DNA of 64,000 bases from Acidobacteriota bacterium (GTDB lineage Bacteria; Acidobacteriota; Holophagae; Holophagales; Holophagaceae). Below, piece after piece: positions 9,821-19,355 of the stretch. Every line of letters begins with the position of its first letter. The stretch's first letter is position 1. The stretch is taken from NCBI GenBank assembly GCA_005788175.1, contig SXYX01000014.1, positions 87,277 to 151,276 on the forward strand, written 5' to 3'. Position numbers and translations under genes: made by a program. A model generated the notes under the pieces. The model was not told the origin of the DNA and searched no databases. It worked only from the letters and a program-made list of their open reading frames with translations.

Positions 9821-10812
9821 GGCATTAAAAAAGCGATCTCTTGAAGAACCATAATAGCGGAAGGATTCCTGTCGACATGCCTTAAGGCATCAAAGAGTTT
9901 TTCTTCAAGTTGTCGCAGGGGTATCTCTCGCTCGCTTATAATTCTTAATCTATCAGCATAAAAAAGTAACCTAGGTTCCGCATCATCCTGAATACGCTTC
10001 ACATCGTTGACAATACTCAAAAGTAATTCAAGTGACTCTCGTAACCAAAGGTTTGATGCTGTATCTTCATCTTGTTTCTTTTGCTCTAAAAGATTATCGA
10101 TATCTCGAAGATCACCCTTCCCCTCTAGTATCTTGAGCCAGGTATTCATCTGAAGATGAACTCGATCGTATCGCTCGCTATCAATATAGCGACAAGTACC
10201 ATTCGCAAGGGAAAGCATGGTCATTATTTCTCCTCTATCCCAAGATTGGGATAGAGCAATTTGTTCAATTTCATTAGAACCTAAAGGTGAGAGTACTACT
10301 CGCTCACAACGGCTTTTGATAGTTGGAAGCATGGCCTCGGGTCGATGAGTAATCAAAATAAAATATACATTTTTAGGTGGCTCTTCGAGGAGTTTGAGTA
10401 ACATATTTCCTGAAGTACTATTCAGTTGATGTGCATCGTCAATAATGACAAATTTGTGCAGGCTAGACCCAAGAGAAGTGCCTAACCATTCGAAAATACC
10501 CCCCTCAAGACTATGTGCATGTCTAAGACTTTCGACTTTAATCTGGCCCGCTTTACCCTCAGGTGCAATAAAAAGAAGATTCGGAGGGGGTGTATCGATA
10601 AAATTTGTTTGTAGATATAAACGACAAGCCTCGCATGTACCACATCCTGTTTTTTTTTCACAAAGGTCTTTTTGTGCTAACTCTAAAGCGACGAGCTTTT
10701 TCCCAATTGAATCTGGACCTTGAAACAGGAGTGTTTTAGCTAAGGTTTGTGTCTCAAATCGCTTTGCTAATTGTGAACGTATCGCACTATGGCCTATTAA
10801 ACGAGGTGGCAT
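9817..10812 (-). CDS. holB: DNA polymerase III delta' subunit
   Basis: LLFQGPDSIGKKLVALELAQ...CGTCEACRLY. The preferred start is the ATG at 10812, which forms an ATGA overlap with the tmk stop. The ORF track extends to 10863. Confidence 0.8.
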   Translation of the reverse strand: MPPRLIGHSAIRSQLAKRFETQTLAKTLLFQGPDSIGKKLVALELAQKDLCEKKTGCGTCEACRLYLQTNFIDTPPPNLLFIAPEGKAGQIKVESLRHAHSLEGGIFEWLGTSLGSSLHKFVIIDDAHQLNSTSGNMLLKLLEEPPKNVYFILITHRPEAMLPTIKSRCERVVLSPLGSNEIEQIALSQSWDRGEIMTMLSLANGTCRYIDSERYDRVHLQMNTWLKILEGKGDLRDIDNLLEQKKQDEDTASNLWLRESLELLLSIVNDVKRIQDDAEPRLLFYADRLRIISEREIPLRQLEEKLFDALRHVDRNPSAIMVLQEIAFLMP

Positions 10813-11495
10813 CAGGAAACCAGATGACCATGAGCTTTGAGGGTTTTCGATACTCGATCCCATACCGCTTCAAAAACCTCATCAGGAGAGCGGTGGGCTT
10901 TAACAATATGAATTCGATGTGGTTCTTGATGAGCAATATCTAAAAAACGGCGACGGACTTCTTGATGAAAATCCAAGGCTTCTTGGTCATAACGCCGTTC
11001 ACTGAATTCACCGCCTAAGGATAAATTTCGGCTTTCTACGCGTTGTAGACTAAACTTCGATTCTATATCCAATAAAATAGTAAGATGGGGCTTTGTGGAT
11101 CCAATTATAGTTTCTGAAAGCTGATCCAATAGAATCTTGGAAACACCCAAGGTACCCTGATAGGCACGACTGGAATCTTCAAATCGATCAACTAAAACAA
11201 TTTTATTTTCAGAAAGAGCAGGACGGATAACTTCTTTGAGGTGTTGCGCCCGGTCTGCATAAAAAAGAAGGAGTTCTGATTCGGGTGAACATGTTTCTAG
11301 TTTAGGATCTCGATCTAGTAAAATTTTTCGAATTTGTATACCGAGTGATGTACCTCCTGGCTCCTTAGAGACAATTAAAGGTAATCCCATCTGCCTCAAA
11401 CGCTCAGACAAGAGAAGCATCTGGGTACTTTTGCCAGATCCCTCTATTCCTTCAACCGTTAAAAACACACCGGAGGCCACAATGGCACCTATCAT
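10812..11495 (-). CDS. tmk: thymidylate kinase
   Basis: P-loop FLTVEGIEGSGKSTQ and DRFEDSSRAYQG. Confidence 0.9.
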   Translation of the reverse strand: MIGAIVASGVFLTVEGIEGSGKSTQMLLLSERLRQMGLPLIVSKEPGGTSLGIQIRKILLDRDPKLETCSPESELLLFYADRAQHLKEVIRPALSENKIVLVDRFEDSSRAYQGTLGVSKILLDQLSETIIGSTKPHLTILLDIESKFSLQRVESRNLSLGGEFSERRYDQEALDFHQEVRRRFLDIAHQEPHRIHIVKAHRSPDEVFEAVWDRVSKTLKAHGHLVS

Positions 11496-11618
11496 TTGTT
11501 GTGAATATCTAGTCTAAAGAGTCCCAAGAGATACTCCAAGGACTGTTTCATAAGAACTTTATAGACCATAGTTTTAGACTGAGATTATGATGCTTGGTAT
11601 ATTCAAGAGAGGCAAACT

Positions 11619-12134
11619 ATGAACATAAACCCTACCCAAATATATAAAAATTGTGCTTTCCTGGGTATGATTTTAGCTTGTTCATGTGCACCCCTTCAAA
11701 TACGTAATGTAGATCAACAAGAATCCATTCTTAAAAATCCAGCTGATGAAAAGACTTCCCCTCTAAAAAGCTTAGGGCATTCAAAACTACCGTTTCAATG
11801 GGACAAAATTATCCGCGTTGAAAACGAAGTTGATGGCCTCATTATCAATCACATTAGTTTCACACAGCAGAAGTCTCTATTTTTTTTGAAGAGTTCACAA
11901 GTTAAGATCAAAGCTGATGTCCAAGTCACCAATGCAAGTAACATAGAAAAGCATCCTTACTTTTCGATCGCGGTCTTCAATGAAGAGGGTGTCCTGCTGG
12001 GCGTAGCCGGGGGGGGAACTTGGATCAGAGGGGTAAAATCTAAAGAAACAACTACCTTCACCTTGGCTTTTGAGCCTATGAAAGAAAGGGTTCCTATGGG
12101 AACCCTCTTTCATCTTTCAGTTGAACTTAACTAA
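11619..12134 (+). CDS. hypothetical lipoprotein
   Basis: Signal peptide with lipobox-like ILACSC. No family was recognised. Confidence 0.5.
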   Translation: MNINPTQIYKNCAFLGMILACSCAPLQIRNVDQQESILKNPADEKTSPLKSLGHSKLPFQWDKIIRVENEVDGLIINHISFTQQKSLFFLKSSQVKIKADVQVTNASNIEKHPYFSIAVFNEEGVLLGVAGGGTWIRGVKSKETTTFTLAFEPMKERVPMGTLFHLSVELN

Positions 12135-13119
12135 TCAAAGCCTGATAAAGTTCGTCCTGCGTCACAAAGCTGGTTCCAACCTTAGAGACAACTATTCCTG
12201 AAGCTAAATTAGCTAGAGAAGCCGCTATTTCCCAGGAGGCCCCCGAAGCAAGAACTGCTGTGAACACCGAAATCACCGTATCGCCGGCTCCGCTGACGTC
12301 TATCACTTTACGAGCGAGCGTAGGTACATGAATTACTGCCGCTGTGGGCGAAGGGAAAAGTGACATACCCTTATTTGAGCGTGTAATTAGTAAACCCCCA
12401 AGGTTCAGTTCGGAGATAAGTTTTCTACCGGCATGTTCGACTTCTTCATCAGAATTACACGGTAGCCCAGTTAAATCTGAAGCTTCTTGCGAATTAGGAG
12501 TTAATAATTTAGCATTACGATAAAAATCCTTATGCTGTGGTTTTGGATCTACAATCCATGGGATGTTGTGAGATTGACAGGCCTCATGAATTAGATTCAC
12601 CAATATTTCATCTATAACGCCTTTTGCGTAATCTGAAATTAGAACGGCTGAAACATTAGGTAGTGTGTCTAAAATTGATCGAACTAGATCGTTGCGCAAA
12701 ATAGGATTAAGATTTTCACGAGTCTCTCGGTCATATCGCATCCTATGATGATTAGGCAGTTCAATCAGTCGTGTTTTAGTAGTGGTAGGACGATGTGAAT
12801 CGAGAAATAAGCCCGAAAGAGAGATGTCTGCTTCTATTAGATGCTGAGCCAATATTTCACCTGCCTCGTCCACCCCTCGAACCCCAAAAGGAATGGGGTC
12901 GCACCCTAATTTTTTCAAATTCACTGCGACATTCCCAGCGCCACCCGGCATAAATTTATCGAATTGAATATCTAATATAGGAACTGGTGCTTCAGGTGAC
13001 TGTCGATAGACTGTACCAAAAATAAAATGGTCTAAAATGAAATCGCCTAAGACGATGATTTTGAGACCCTTTAATTTCTGAATCTGCTCTTTAAGTGATG
13101 TTGCGTCAATGGGAGTCAT
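12127..13119 (-). CDS. hldA: D-glycero-beta-D-manno-heptose-7-phosphate kinase (RfaE domain I / PfkB family)
   Basis: IIVLGDFILDHFIFG...PVPILD...PGGAGNVAVNLKKLG...DVSGAGDTV. The start was moved to the ATG at 13119 (ATGA overlap with the upstream stop). Confidence 0.75.
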   Translation of the reverse strand: MTPIDATSLKEQIQKLKGLKIIVLGDFILDHFIFGTVYRQSPEAPVPILDIQFDKFMPGGAGNVAVNLKKLGCDPIPFGVRGVDEAGEILAQHLIEADISLSGLFLDSHRPTTTKTRLIELPNHHRMRYDRETRENLNPILRNDLVRSILDTLPNVSAVLISDYAKGVIDEILVNLIHEACQSHNIPWIVDPKPQHKDFYRNAKLLTPNSQEASDLTGLPCNSDEEVEHAGRKLISELNLGGLLITRSNKGMSLFPSPTAAVIHVPTLARKVIDVSGAGDTVISVFTAVLASGASWEIAASLANLASGIVVSKVGTSFVTQDELYQALIS

Positions 13120-13274
13120 GAAGGTTTTCGGGCTCTCTCCAAAAGCATGACAGGGATACCATCTTCGATAGGATATCGAAGTCCACATTCTGTACAGACA
13201 ATCTCGTTATCAGACAAGACAACATCCCCTTGGCAAACAGGACAACAAAGAATATCAAGCATTTTGGGATTCAT
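13116..13274 (-). CDS. Trm112/YcaR-family small zinc-ribbon protein
   Basis: MNPKMLDILCCPVCQG...VCTECGLRYPIEDGIPVML. The start was chosen at M47 of the tracked ORF so that it does not run into the ETF-QO gene. Confidence 0.75.
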   Translation of the reverse strand: MNPKMLDILCCPVCQGDVVLSDNEIVCTECGLRYPIEDGIPVMLLERARKPS

Positions 13275-13281
13275 AAAGATC

Positions 13282-15051
13282 TCAACACAAAGTATATTTG
13301 GGTCCGCCTCCACCTTCTGGAGGTGTCCAAATAACATTTTCTTCAGGACACTTGATATCACACGTTTTACAATGAACGCAATTGGAAAATGCAATATCAA
13401 CTTGATGGACATGGCCTAAGGCATCCGGATGCATTTCGTAAACCTGTGCAGGACAAAAGACGGTACAAGGTGCTCCTTTTTCTTCATAACATTCAACACA
13501 TACATCATTTCCCTTAACAATCTTTAAATGACATGGTTGATGTTCGTCATGGTTAGTTCCACTAGCATAGACATCATCTAACTTTGAGAATTGTAGATTT
13601 TCTGTCTTGATTAGGTCGTGAATATCAGAATGCTTCAGGCTTTTCTTTCCGTAATATTTTTCAGTAGTTTCTGTTTGATGTGCATCTGTATTAATGCGGA
13701 GCGGATCGCCGGGAACCCAACCATTACTCACAAGAGCAATATTTAGTTTAGCTAGGGCAGATGGGGTCAATCCATGTTGAACAATTCCGTGAAAATTTCT
13801 AGAGGTATAGAGTTCTGCCCCTGCCCACGAGCCCATAAAAAGTTCAGAGTAGTTATTGAGACGATTGAGCGAGAAATCTTGGCTTACTAGACAAGTTACG
13901 ATTGTTTCGGCTGCACACATCCCACCTTTCATCGCTAGATGAATCCCTTTCAGTCGGGCCGCATTGACCATTTGGGCTGCGTCTCCAACTAACATCCCCC
14001 CGGGAAAAGAAAGTTGAGGCATAGAATACCAACCTCCGATTGCTAGAGCTTTCCCGCCGTACTGAATCATTTTGCCTCCTTTAAGAAAAGGGGCTATCTT
14101 GGGATGATTTTTAAAGGCCTGTAAAACTGAATGGCCATCAACGAAGGGATCACGAGAATCAAGGCTAACAACATAGCCGATAGAAACTTTATTATTAGCA
14201 AGGGCATAAACCCAAGATCCTCCTATCTCTCCCTCTGGAAGAGGCCAGCCAGTACTATGCAAAACAAATCCTTCTTGGATATTTCCATGCGGAACTTCCC
14301 ATATTTCTTTGACACCCATTTCATAGACCTGAGGGTTAATAGCGGCAGATTGTAAATTAAGGACCTCATCTAGCTCTCTCGATAGATGACCTCGAGGGCC
14401 TTCTCCAAAAATTGTAATTTTTGCATGCAGGCAGTTACCAGGTTCGAAATTTGACTTGGGATTTCCGCTTCGATCCACTCCTTTGTCGGCCGTTTGGACT
14501 CCTTTAACGCGAAGGGTGCCTGCAGATTCTTTCTCCCATAGAACTTTCATAGCTGAAAATCCAGGGAGTATCATTACATCTACACCCTCGATCGATCGCT
14601 TTTCGATCTCTGAGGCTAGCCAACGACAAACTTTAGATAAAGAAATAATGTGATGACCTATATTGTGGAGAAAAGGTGGCACAACTGGTGACCGTACACC
14701 CTGTCTCTCAGAAGTTAAAAACCATACTTCCTCTTGTGTTACACATCCTTCTGAAGGAAACCCGCGCTCAAGATAATCAGGCATAGCTTCCTCAATGGCC
14801 CGAGGATCAAGTACAGCACCACTAAATATATGATCGCCAATTTGATCCCCTTTTTCAATCAAACCAATAGTAAGAGGTGCGATGAGTTGGCCGTTTTTCT
14901 TGGCCTCGTCAATTTTGTTCAATAAATGCCATAAACTTATTAAATTCCCTGGACCCCCGCCGACATAGAGAACGTCGAAATCAAGAACTTCTCTTTCGAG
15001 TTCCTCTCGCTGAGGATTTTGGGATGACCAATTGGTTCCAATATCTTTCAT
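13282..15051 (-). CDS. electron-transfer flavoprotein:ubiquinone oxidoreductase (ETF-QO)
   Basis: FAD fold DVLYVGGGPGNL and a C-terminal 4Fe-4S region CPAQVYE...NCVHCKTCDIKCP. Confidence 0.9.
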   Translation of the reverse strand: MKDIGTNWSSQNPQREELEREVLDFDVLYVGGGPGNLISLWHLLNKIDEAKKNGQLIAPLTIGLIEKGDQIGDHIFSGAVLDPRAIEEAMPDYLERGFPSEGCVTQEEVWFLTSERQGVRSPVVPPFLHNIGHHIISLSKVCRWLASEIEKRSIEGVDVMILPGFSAMKVLWEKESAGTLRVKGVQTADKGVDRSGNPKSNFEPGNCLHAKITIFGEGPRGHLSRELDEVLNLQSAAINPQVYEMGVKEIWEVPHGNIQEGFVLHSTGWPLPEGEIGGSWVYALANNKVSIGYVVSLDSRDPFVDGHSVLQAFKNHPKIAPFLKGGKMIQYGGKALAIGGWYSMPQLSFPGGMLVGDAAQMVNAARLKGIHLAMKGGMCAAETIVTCLVSQDFSLNRLNNYSELFMGSWAGAELYTSRNFHGIVQHGLTPSALAKLNIALVSNGWVPGDPLRINTDAHQTETTEKYYGKKSLKHSDIHDLIKTENLQFSKLDDVYASGTNHDEHQPCHLKIVKGNDVCVECYEEKGAPCTVFCPAQVYEMHPDALGHVHQVDIAFSNCVHCKTCDIKCPEENVIWTPPEGGGGPKYTLC

Positions 15052-15126
15052 TAAGCAAACTCCAATAGATAAGTTTAGCCTCCGTATGGGACGATAGATA
15101 ATGTAACTATGGCTTGGGGTTTTTAA

Positions 15127-15495
15127 ATGAAAGAAAAATCTAGTAAATATGTGTTTGAGGCGGCAGTCCAGCGTCCTCTAGGTATAGTTTTTCTTCATCC
15201 AAATGGCACTTGGGAGGGTCATGATTACTTGGTCGAAGTGGTAGTTGAGCGAGAAGGGCTAGATAGTTTCGATGTCGTAATGGACTTCAGGGAACTCGAA
15301 GCTCATCTTGATGTTATTCTTGATCCTTTTCGAGGAAAACTTTTATCAGATTTGGGTATTAAAAATCCTATTGAATTAGCGAAACATTTAGTGAATCAAC
15401 TCGAAAGACAGGTTCTAGCTCCAGCGCAAATTAAAGAAATCAATTTGATCGATGGGCACCAACAGCGTATTACATACCGAGTTGATCGTGGATAA
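15127..15495 (+). CDS. 6-pyruvoyl-tetrahydropterin synthase / QueD-fold protein, apparently degenerate
   Basis: Its size and the FEAA...EGHDYLVEVVV...DVVMDFRELE pattern match the PTPS/QueD fold, but two expected Zn-ligand His residues are replaced (see findings). Confidence 0.55.
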   Translation: MKEKSSKYVFEAAVQRPLGIVFLHPNGTWEGHDYLVEVVVEREGLDSFDVVMDFRELEAHLDVILDPFRGKLLSDLGIKNPIELAKHLVNQLERQVLAPAQIKEINLIDGHQQRITYRVDRG

Positions 15496-16777
15496 AATCA
15501 CTATACGTGGTGGATCTCACCTAGATGGATCTATAGAAATATCCGGAGCCAAGAATGCTGCACTACCATGCATGGCAGCATGTTTACTCACCGATGAAAC
15601 ATTAATTCTAAGGAATTTACCAGCAGTAGTAGATATACGAACCATGGAAAAGGTTCTAGGTACCTTGGGAACTCATGTTTCTCACGAAACGACCCCATCT
15701 TTACTTTCCATTACTCAATCCCTAACGTGTAATGAACCAAGTGAATACAAGGCTCCATACGAATTAGTAAAAACAATGCGGGCTTCGATTTTAGTTTTAG
15801 GCCCACTTCTAACACGCTTTGGAAAGGCTTCGATATCATTTCCTGGAGGATGTTCTATTGGTGCAAGGCCGATTGATCTCCACTTAGAGGTGATGTCTAA
15901 AATGGGGGCTTCAATTGATATACACCATGGCTATGTCGAAGCCTCGCTTCCTTCGGGGAAGAGATTGAAAGGTATCGACCATACCTTTCCATATATTAGT
16001 GTAGGAGCAACAGAGAATAGTTTGCTCGCTGCAGCGCTTGCAGATGGGAAAACTATTCTAAGAAACGCAGCAAAAGAGCCTGAGATTTCTGATCTCATTT
16101 CTCTTTTGATTAGCATGGGTATACCAATTGAGGGTCTCGGCACTTCAACTCTTGCAATTGAAGGACAACGGCAAGCTCATGGGACTCATTACACGATCAT
16201 TCCAGATCGTATTGAAGTAGGTACTTTCATATGCGCTCTAGCTATTACCGGTGGCTCGTTGTGCCTTCAAGGGGTTGTATTGGAGCATGTGTCATCCCTC
16301 TTAGAAGTAATAGAACGATCGGGATGTAAATACCGCTACGATGTAACAAAAAAGGTCCTTCATTTAGAGCGCTCGCCATCGGATCGTCTTGAGCCTATTA
16401 ATATCAGTACAGCTCCTTATCCGGATTTTCCCACTGATTTACAAGCTCAGTTTATGGCTGTCCTAACACAGGCCGATGGAACATCTACGATAATTGAAAA
16501 TATTTTTGAAAACAGATTCCAACATGTGATGGAACTTCAGCGCTTGGGAGCCTCGATCGATATGGATGGTCGTACTGCACGCATTCATGGCCCCACTCTT
16601 CTATCAGGTACTACCGTGATGGCTTCCGACTTGAGGGCGTCAGCCGGACTTGTCATTGCAGGCCTTGCTGCCGAGGGAACCACTACGATTGAACGTATTT
16701 ATCATCTTGATCGAGGCTACGCCCATCTCGACCATAAACTTCGATCAGTTGGTGTTGAAATTGAACGCATAAAATAA
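15488..16777 (+). CDS. murA: UDP-N-acetylglucosamine 1-carboxyvinyltransferase
   Basis: ITIRGGSHLDGSIEISGAKNAALP. The likely start is the GTG at 15488, overlapping the upstream stop. The ORF track starts at 15452. Confidence 0.9.
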   Translation: MDKITIRGGSHLDGSIEISGAKNAALPCMAACLLTDETLILRNLPAVVDIRTMEKVLGTLGTHVSHETTPSLLSITQSLTCNEPSEYKAPYELVKTMRASILVLGPLLTRFGKASISFPGGCSIGARPIDLHLEVMSKMGASIDIHHGYVEASLPSGKRLKGIDHTFPYISVGATENSLLAAALADGKTILRNAAKEPEISDLISLLISMGIPIEGLGTSTLAIEGQRQAHGTHYTIIPDRIEVGTFICALAITGGSLCLQGVVLEHVSSLLEVIERSGCKYRYDVTKKVLHLERSPSDRLEPINISTAPYPDFPTDLQAQFMAVLTQADGTSTIIENIFENRFQHVMELQRLGASIDMDGRTARIHGPTLLSGTTVMASDLRASAGLVIAGLAAEGTTTIERIYHLDRGYAHLDHKLRSVGVEIERIK

Positions 16778-16842
16778 AAGGAAATGGTCTTATTTAGTTT
16801 TCATAGACCTTGGGTTCCGTTAGAATAGTAAAAGGGGCGATT

Positions 16843-17790
16843 ATGCTGGGAGAAATGAAGATTTTTTCTGGAGGCAGTCACCCAAATCTTGCCAAGTCAA
16901 TTGCAGGACACATGGGAATACCGTTAGGTGAATTGAAAATAACCCGATTCAGCAACGAGAATATTAAGATTAAAATTGAAGAAAATGTACGTGAAAGTGA
17001 TGTATTTGTAGTCCAGAGCACAACGCCCCCCGTCAGTGACCATTTACTCGAGCTTTTGATACTCATTGATGCTCTCAAGTTTGCATCTGCTGCCCGCATC
17101 ACTGCAGTATTACCCTACTTTCCATATGCCCGTAGCGACAAGAAAGATGAGGCACGTATTTCAATCACAGCCAGACTGGTAGCAGACCTCTTAGAGACAG
17201 CCGGAGCTGATCGAGTCTTGACCATGAATTTGCATGCTCCTCAAATTTTAGGCTTCTTTAGAAAACCTGCTGATCACCTTTTAGCCTCCCCTATACTGGC
17301 TCAATATTTTATGACTAAAGATTTATCTAACTCTGTCATTGTTGCTACGGATGCTGGAGCCGCAAAGTTTGCTGGAACGTTTGCCAAACGATTAGGTATT
17401 CCATTGGCTATCATCGACAAACGTCGTTCAGATGATTCAGAGCAAGCACACAGCGTTGCTTTGATTGGAGAAGTAAAAGACATGGATGCGATCATTTATG
17501 ATGATGAAATCTCTACAGGCGGTTCAATCAAAGCTGCGAGTCGAATGTTAAGAGAGGCTGGCGCTCGCTCAGTCCGAGTTGGGGTTACTCATCCGGTATT
17601 ATCTGGCAATGCCGTGGAATGTCTGAATGAAGCCCATTTAGATGAAATTGTTGTTACTGATACGATTCCCATTTCGATCGATAAGCTATCTGCCCTAAAG
17701 GGCCTCAAAGTATTATCGACAGCTTCTATGTTCGGCGATGCCATCATGAGAATTCATGGGGGACGAAGCATTTCCGAAATGATGGGTTAG
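16843..17790 (+). CDS. prs: ribose-phosphate pyrophosphokinase
   Basis: KIFSGGSHPNLAKSIA..., PYFPYARSDKK and DDEISTGGS. The ATG at 16843 follows AAAGGGG. An alternative ATG is at 16855. Confidence 0.9.
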   Translation: MLGEMKIFSGGSHPNLAKSIAGHMGIPLGELKITRFSNENIKIKIEENVRESDVFVVQSTTPPVSDHLLELLILIDALKFASAARITAVLPYFPYARSDKKDEARISITARLVADLLETAGADRVLTMNLHAPQILGFFRKPADHLLASPILAQYFMTKDLSNSVIVATDAGAAKFAGTFAKRLGIPLAIIDKRRSDDSEQAHSVALIGEVKDMDAIIYDDEISTGGSIKAASRMLREAGARSVRVGVTHPVLSGNAVECLNEAHLDEIVVTDTIPISIDKLSALKGLKVLSTASMFGDAIMRIHGGRSISEMMG

Positions 17791-17791
17791 A

Positions 17792-18469
17792 TTGGAAACG
17801 CTTCGTCATCTTTTAGTTCAACGAGCAGCTAGATTACAAGATCGACCCGCTCTGAGTTGTAAAGCTTGGGGAACACTTAACTATAGTCAATTTAGAAATC
17901 GAGTCGAGGGAGTGGCCCTAGGCTTAATGGCTACCTCTCAATCTATAGGTACTCTTTATTACACCGGTGAAAGGGGCGAGGCCAATAATATTCATGACCA
18001 TGCTGAAATTGATATACAACGGCCCACCTACGAACCTTGGATCTGGATTGCAGAAGTCGCCGCTATTGCCTGTGGTTTCATTTGGAGTTCCCAGGGTGAT
18101 TTGATTAGTCCCTCTATCTTAGGGGGAAGACACTTTAACAATGAAGAGGGTCGAGGGCCGTTTCATGATCGCGATGCCGAGCTCACGGGATCCTGCTTTG
18201 CCGTACCGGGTTTATCTCACCAACAGATTTTACTCAGAATGCAGCGAGAAAATGAAAAACTTGGGTGGGATCATACTACAAAACTTGAACTATCTCAGCC
18301 AGATGTGACCACTTCAAATGGACGCGCATTACTTTGGAACGCTCTTTATGCTGGAAGTCATGTCGTATTGACTGAACCTATTGGTTCCTCTTTTCTTGAA
18401 TCGTTGTTCCTAAATAAGAGATCAGATCCCGTTTCGGCAAAAGCTTTAGATAATTTTTGGCTAACTTAA
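17792..18469 (+). CDS. hypothetical protein resembling a truncated, degenerate adenylate-forming (acyl-CoA synthetase-like) N-terminal domain
   Basis: TTG start 1 nt after the prs stop. RAARLQDRPAL...LNYSQFRNRVEGVALGL is FadD-like, and the P-loop position reads LTGSCFAVPGLSHQQIL. Confidence 0.4.
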   Translation: METLRHLLVQRAARLQDRPALSCKAWGTLNYSQFRNRVEGVALGLMATSQSIGTLYYTGERGEANNIHDHAEIDIQRPTYEPWIWIAEVAAIACGFIWSSQGDLISPSILGGRHFNNEEGRGPFHDRDAELTGSCFAVPGLSHQQILLRMQRENEKLGWDHTTKLELSQPDVTTSNGRALLWNALYAGSHVVLTEPIGSSFLESLFLNKRSDPVSAKALDNFWLT

Positions 18470-18581
18470 CCTAAAGTTGCAACGATTCTCAATAACTCAA
18501 TAAATGAGAGTGCTCAAGGCTTTCATGCTTCTCGGCGTGTGACAAAGTGCCAAGCGGGCTAGGATTAATTGAATATAAGAT

Positions 18582-18656
18582 TGGTAGTCCCAAGGGGAAT
18601 CGAACCCCTGTTACCGCCTTGAGAGGGCAGTGTCCTAACCGCTAGACGATGGGACC
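18582..18656 (-). tRNA. tRNA-Glu (anticodon CUC)
   Basis: The reverse complement folds as GGTCCCA-TC-GTCT..GGAC-CTGCC[CTCTCAA]GGCGG-AGGGG[TTCGATT]CCCCT-TGGGACT-A-CCA. Confidence 0.9.
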
Positions 18657-18667
18657 AATTTTTTTGT

Positions 18668-18742
18668 TGGTTGGGGAGGAAGGATTCGAACCCTCACCTG
18701 ACAGAATCAGAATCTGTTGTCCTACCATTAGACCACTCCCCA
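18668..18742 (-). tRNA. tRNA-Gln (anticodon CUG)
   Basis: The reverse complement folds as TGGGGAG..ACAGA[TTCTGAT]TCTGT..GAGGG[TTCGAAT]CCTTC-CTCCCCA-A-CCA. Confidence 0.9.
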
Positions 18743-18757
18743 GAGAGTGGAATCGGA

Positions 18758-18786
18758 ATTCTATCAAGGTGACTGAAAGAACCCAA
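18758..18786 (-). promoter_or_regulatory. candidate promoter for the tRNA-Gln/tRNA-Glu pair
   Basis: On the minus strand, TTGGGT-17 nt-TAGAAT ends about 16 nt upstream of the tRNA-Gln 5' end. Confidence 0.35.
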
Positions 18787-18826
18787 CTGTTGACTGACTA
18801 ATGCAATGACGAACTTGGATGCCATT

Positions 18827-18860
18827 AAAAAAAGGGCCTGATATGTCAGGCCCTTTTTTA
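18827..18860 (-). terminator. rho-independent terminator after the HU gene, bidirectional in form
   Basis: An 8-bp GC-rich stem GGGCCTGA/TCAGGCCC (18834-18853) with a 4-nt loop, flanked by an A-run and a T-run. Confidence 0.8.
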
Positions 18861-18876
18861 GGCATTCAGAAGGAAA

Positions 18877-19158
18877 TTACTTCTTGCCTTTTTTCTGAGC
18901 AGAAGCAGCTTTGAAGCCGATGGATGAAGAAGCTTTGATTTGGATGGCTTCGCCCGTTTGTGGATTACGACCCACACGAGCCTTGCGTTGGCGCAAGGTG
19001 AAGGTACCAAAACCAAAAATGCTCACACGGTCACCCTTGTGTACGCCTTTGGCGATGTGGTCAAAAACGTTCTTCAGGGCATCATAAGTAGCAGACTTAG
19101 GTGCTCCGAGTTCGTCGGCTAGCGAGTCAGATAGCTCGCGGAGTGATAGATTGGCCAT
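18877..19158 (-). CDS. HU-family DNA-binding protein with a short Lys-rich tail
   Basis: FGFGTFTLRQRKARVGRNPQTGEAIQI. The ATG at 19158 is preceded by AAGGAG. Confidence 0.85.
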   Translation of the reverse strand: MANLSLRELSDSLADELGAPKSATYDALKNVFDHIAKGVHKGDRVSIFGFGTFTLRQRKARVGRNPQTGEAIQIKASSSIGFKAASAQKKGKK

Positions 19159-19355
19159 AATGATCTCCTTGGAGGTTGTCCTCATTCAAATCCTATCAGG
19201 AGAAATAGCCAATATATATGCGGAAAATATGAGTACGTGTAGAATTTTCCCTTGTTGGGATAGGCCCTCGAGTGGGAAGATGGGTCAAGTCCGCTACAAA
19301 AAAGGGCAATTTTCGTATTTTATAAATACTTTTTTCTTCCCTGGATACATTTTAA

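Noticed and set aside
13120-13412. The ORF track gives long N-terminal extensions for hldA (to 13188), the Trm112-like gene (to 13412) and holB (to 10863).
   Set aside because: The extensions would overlap upstream genes by 50-130 nt and add non-conserved sequence. Internal ATGs give the canonical ATGA overlaps and family-typical N-termini.
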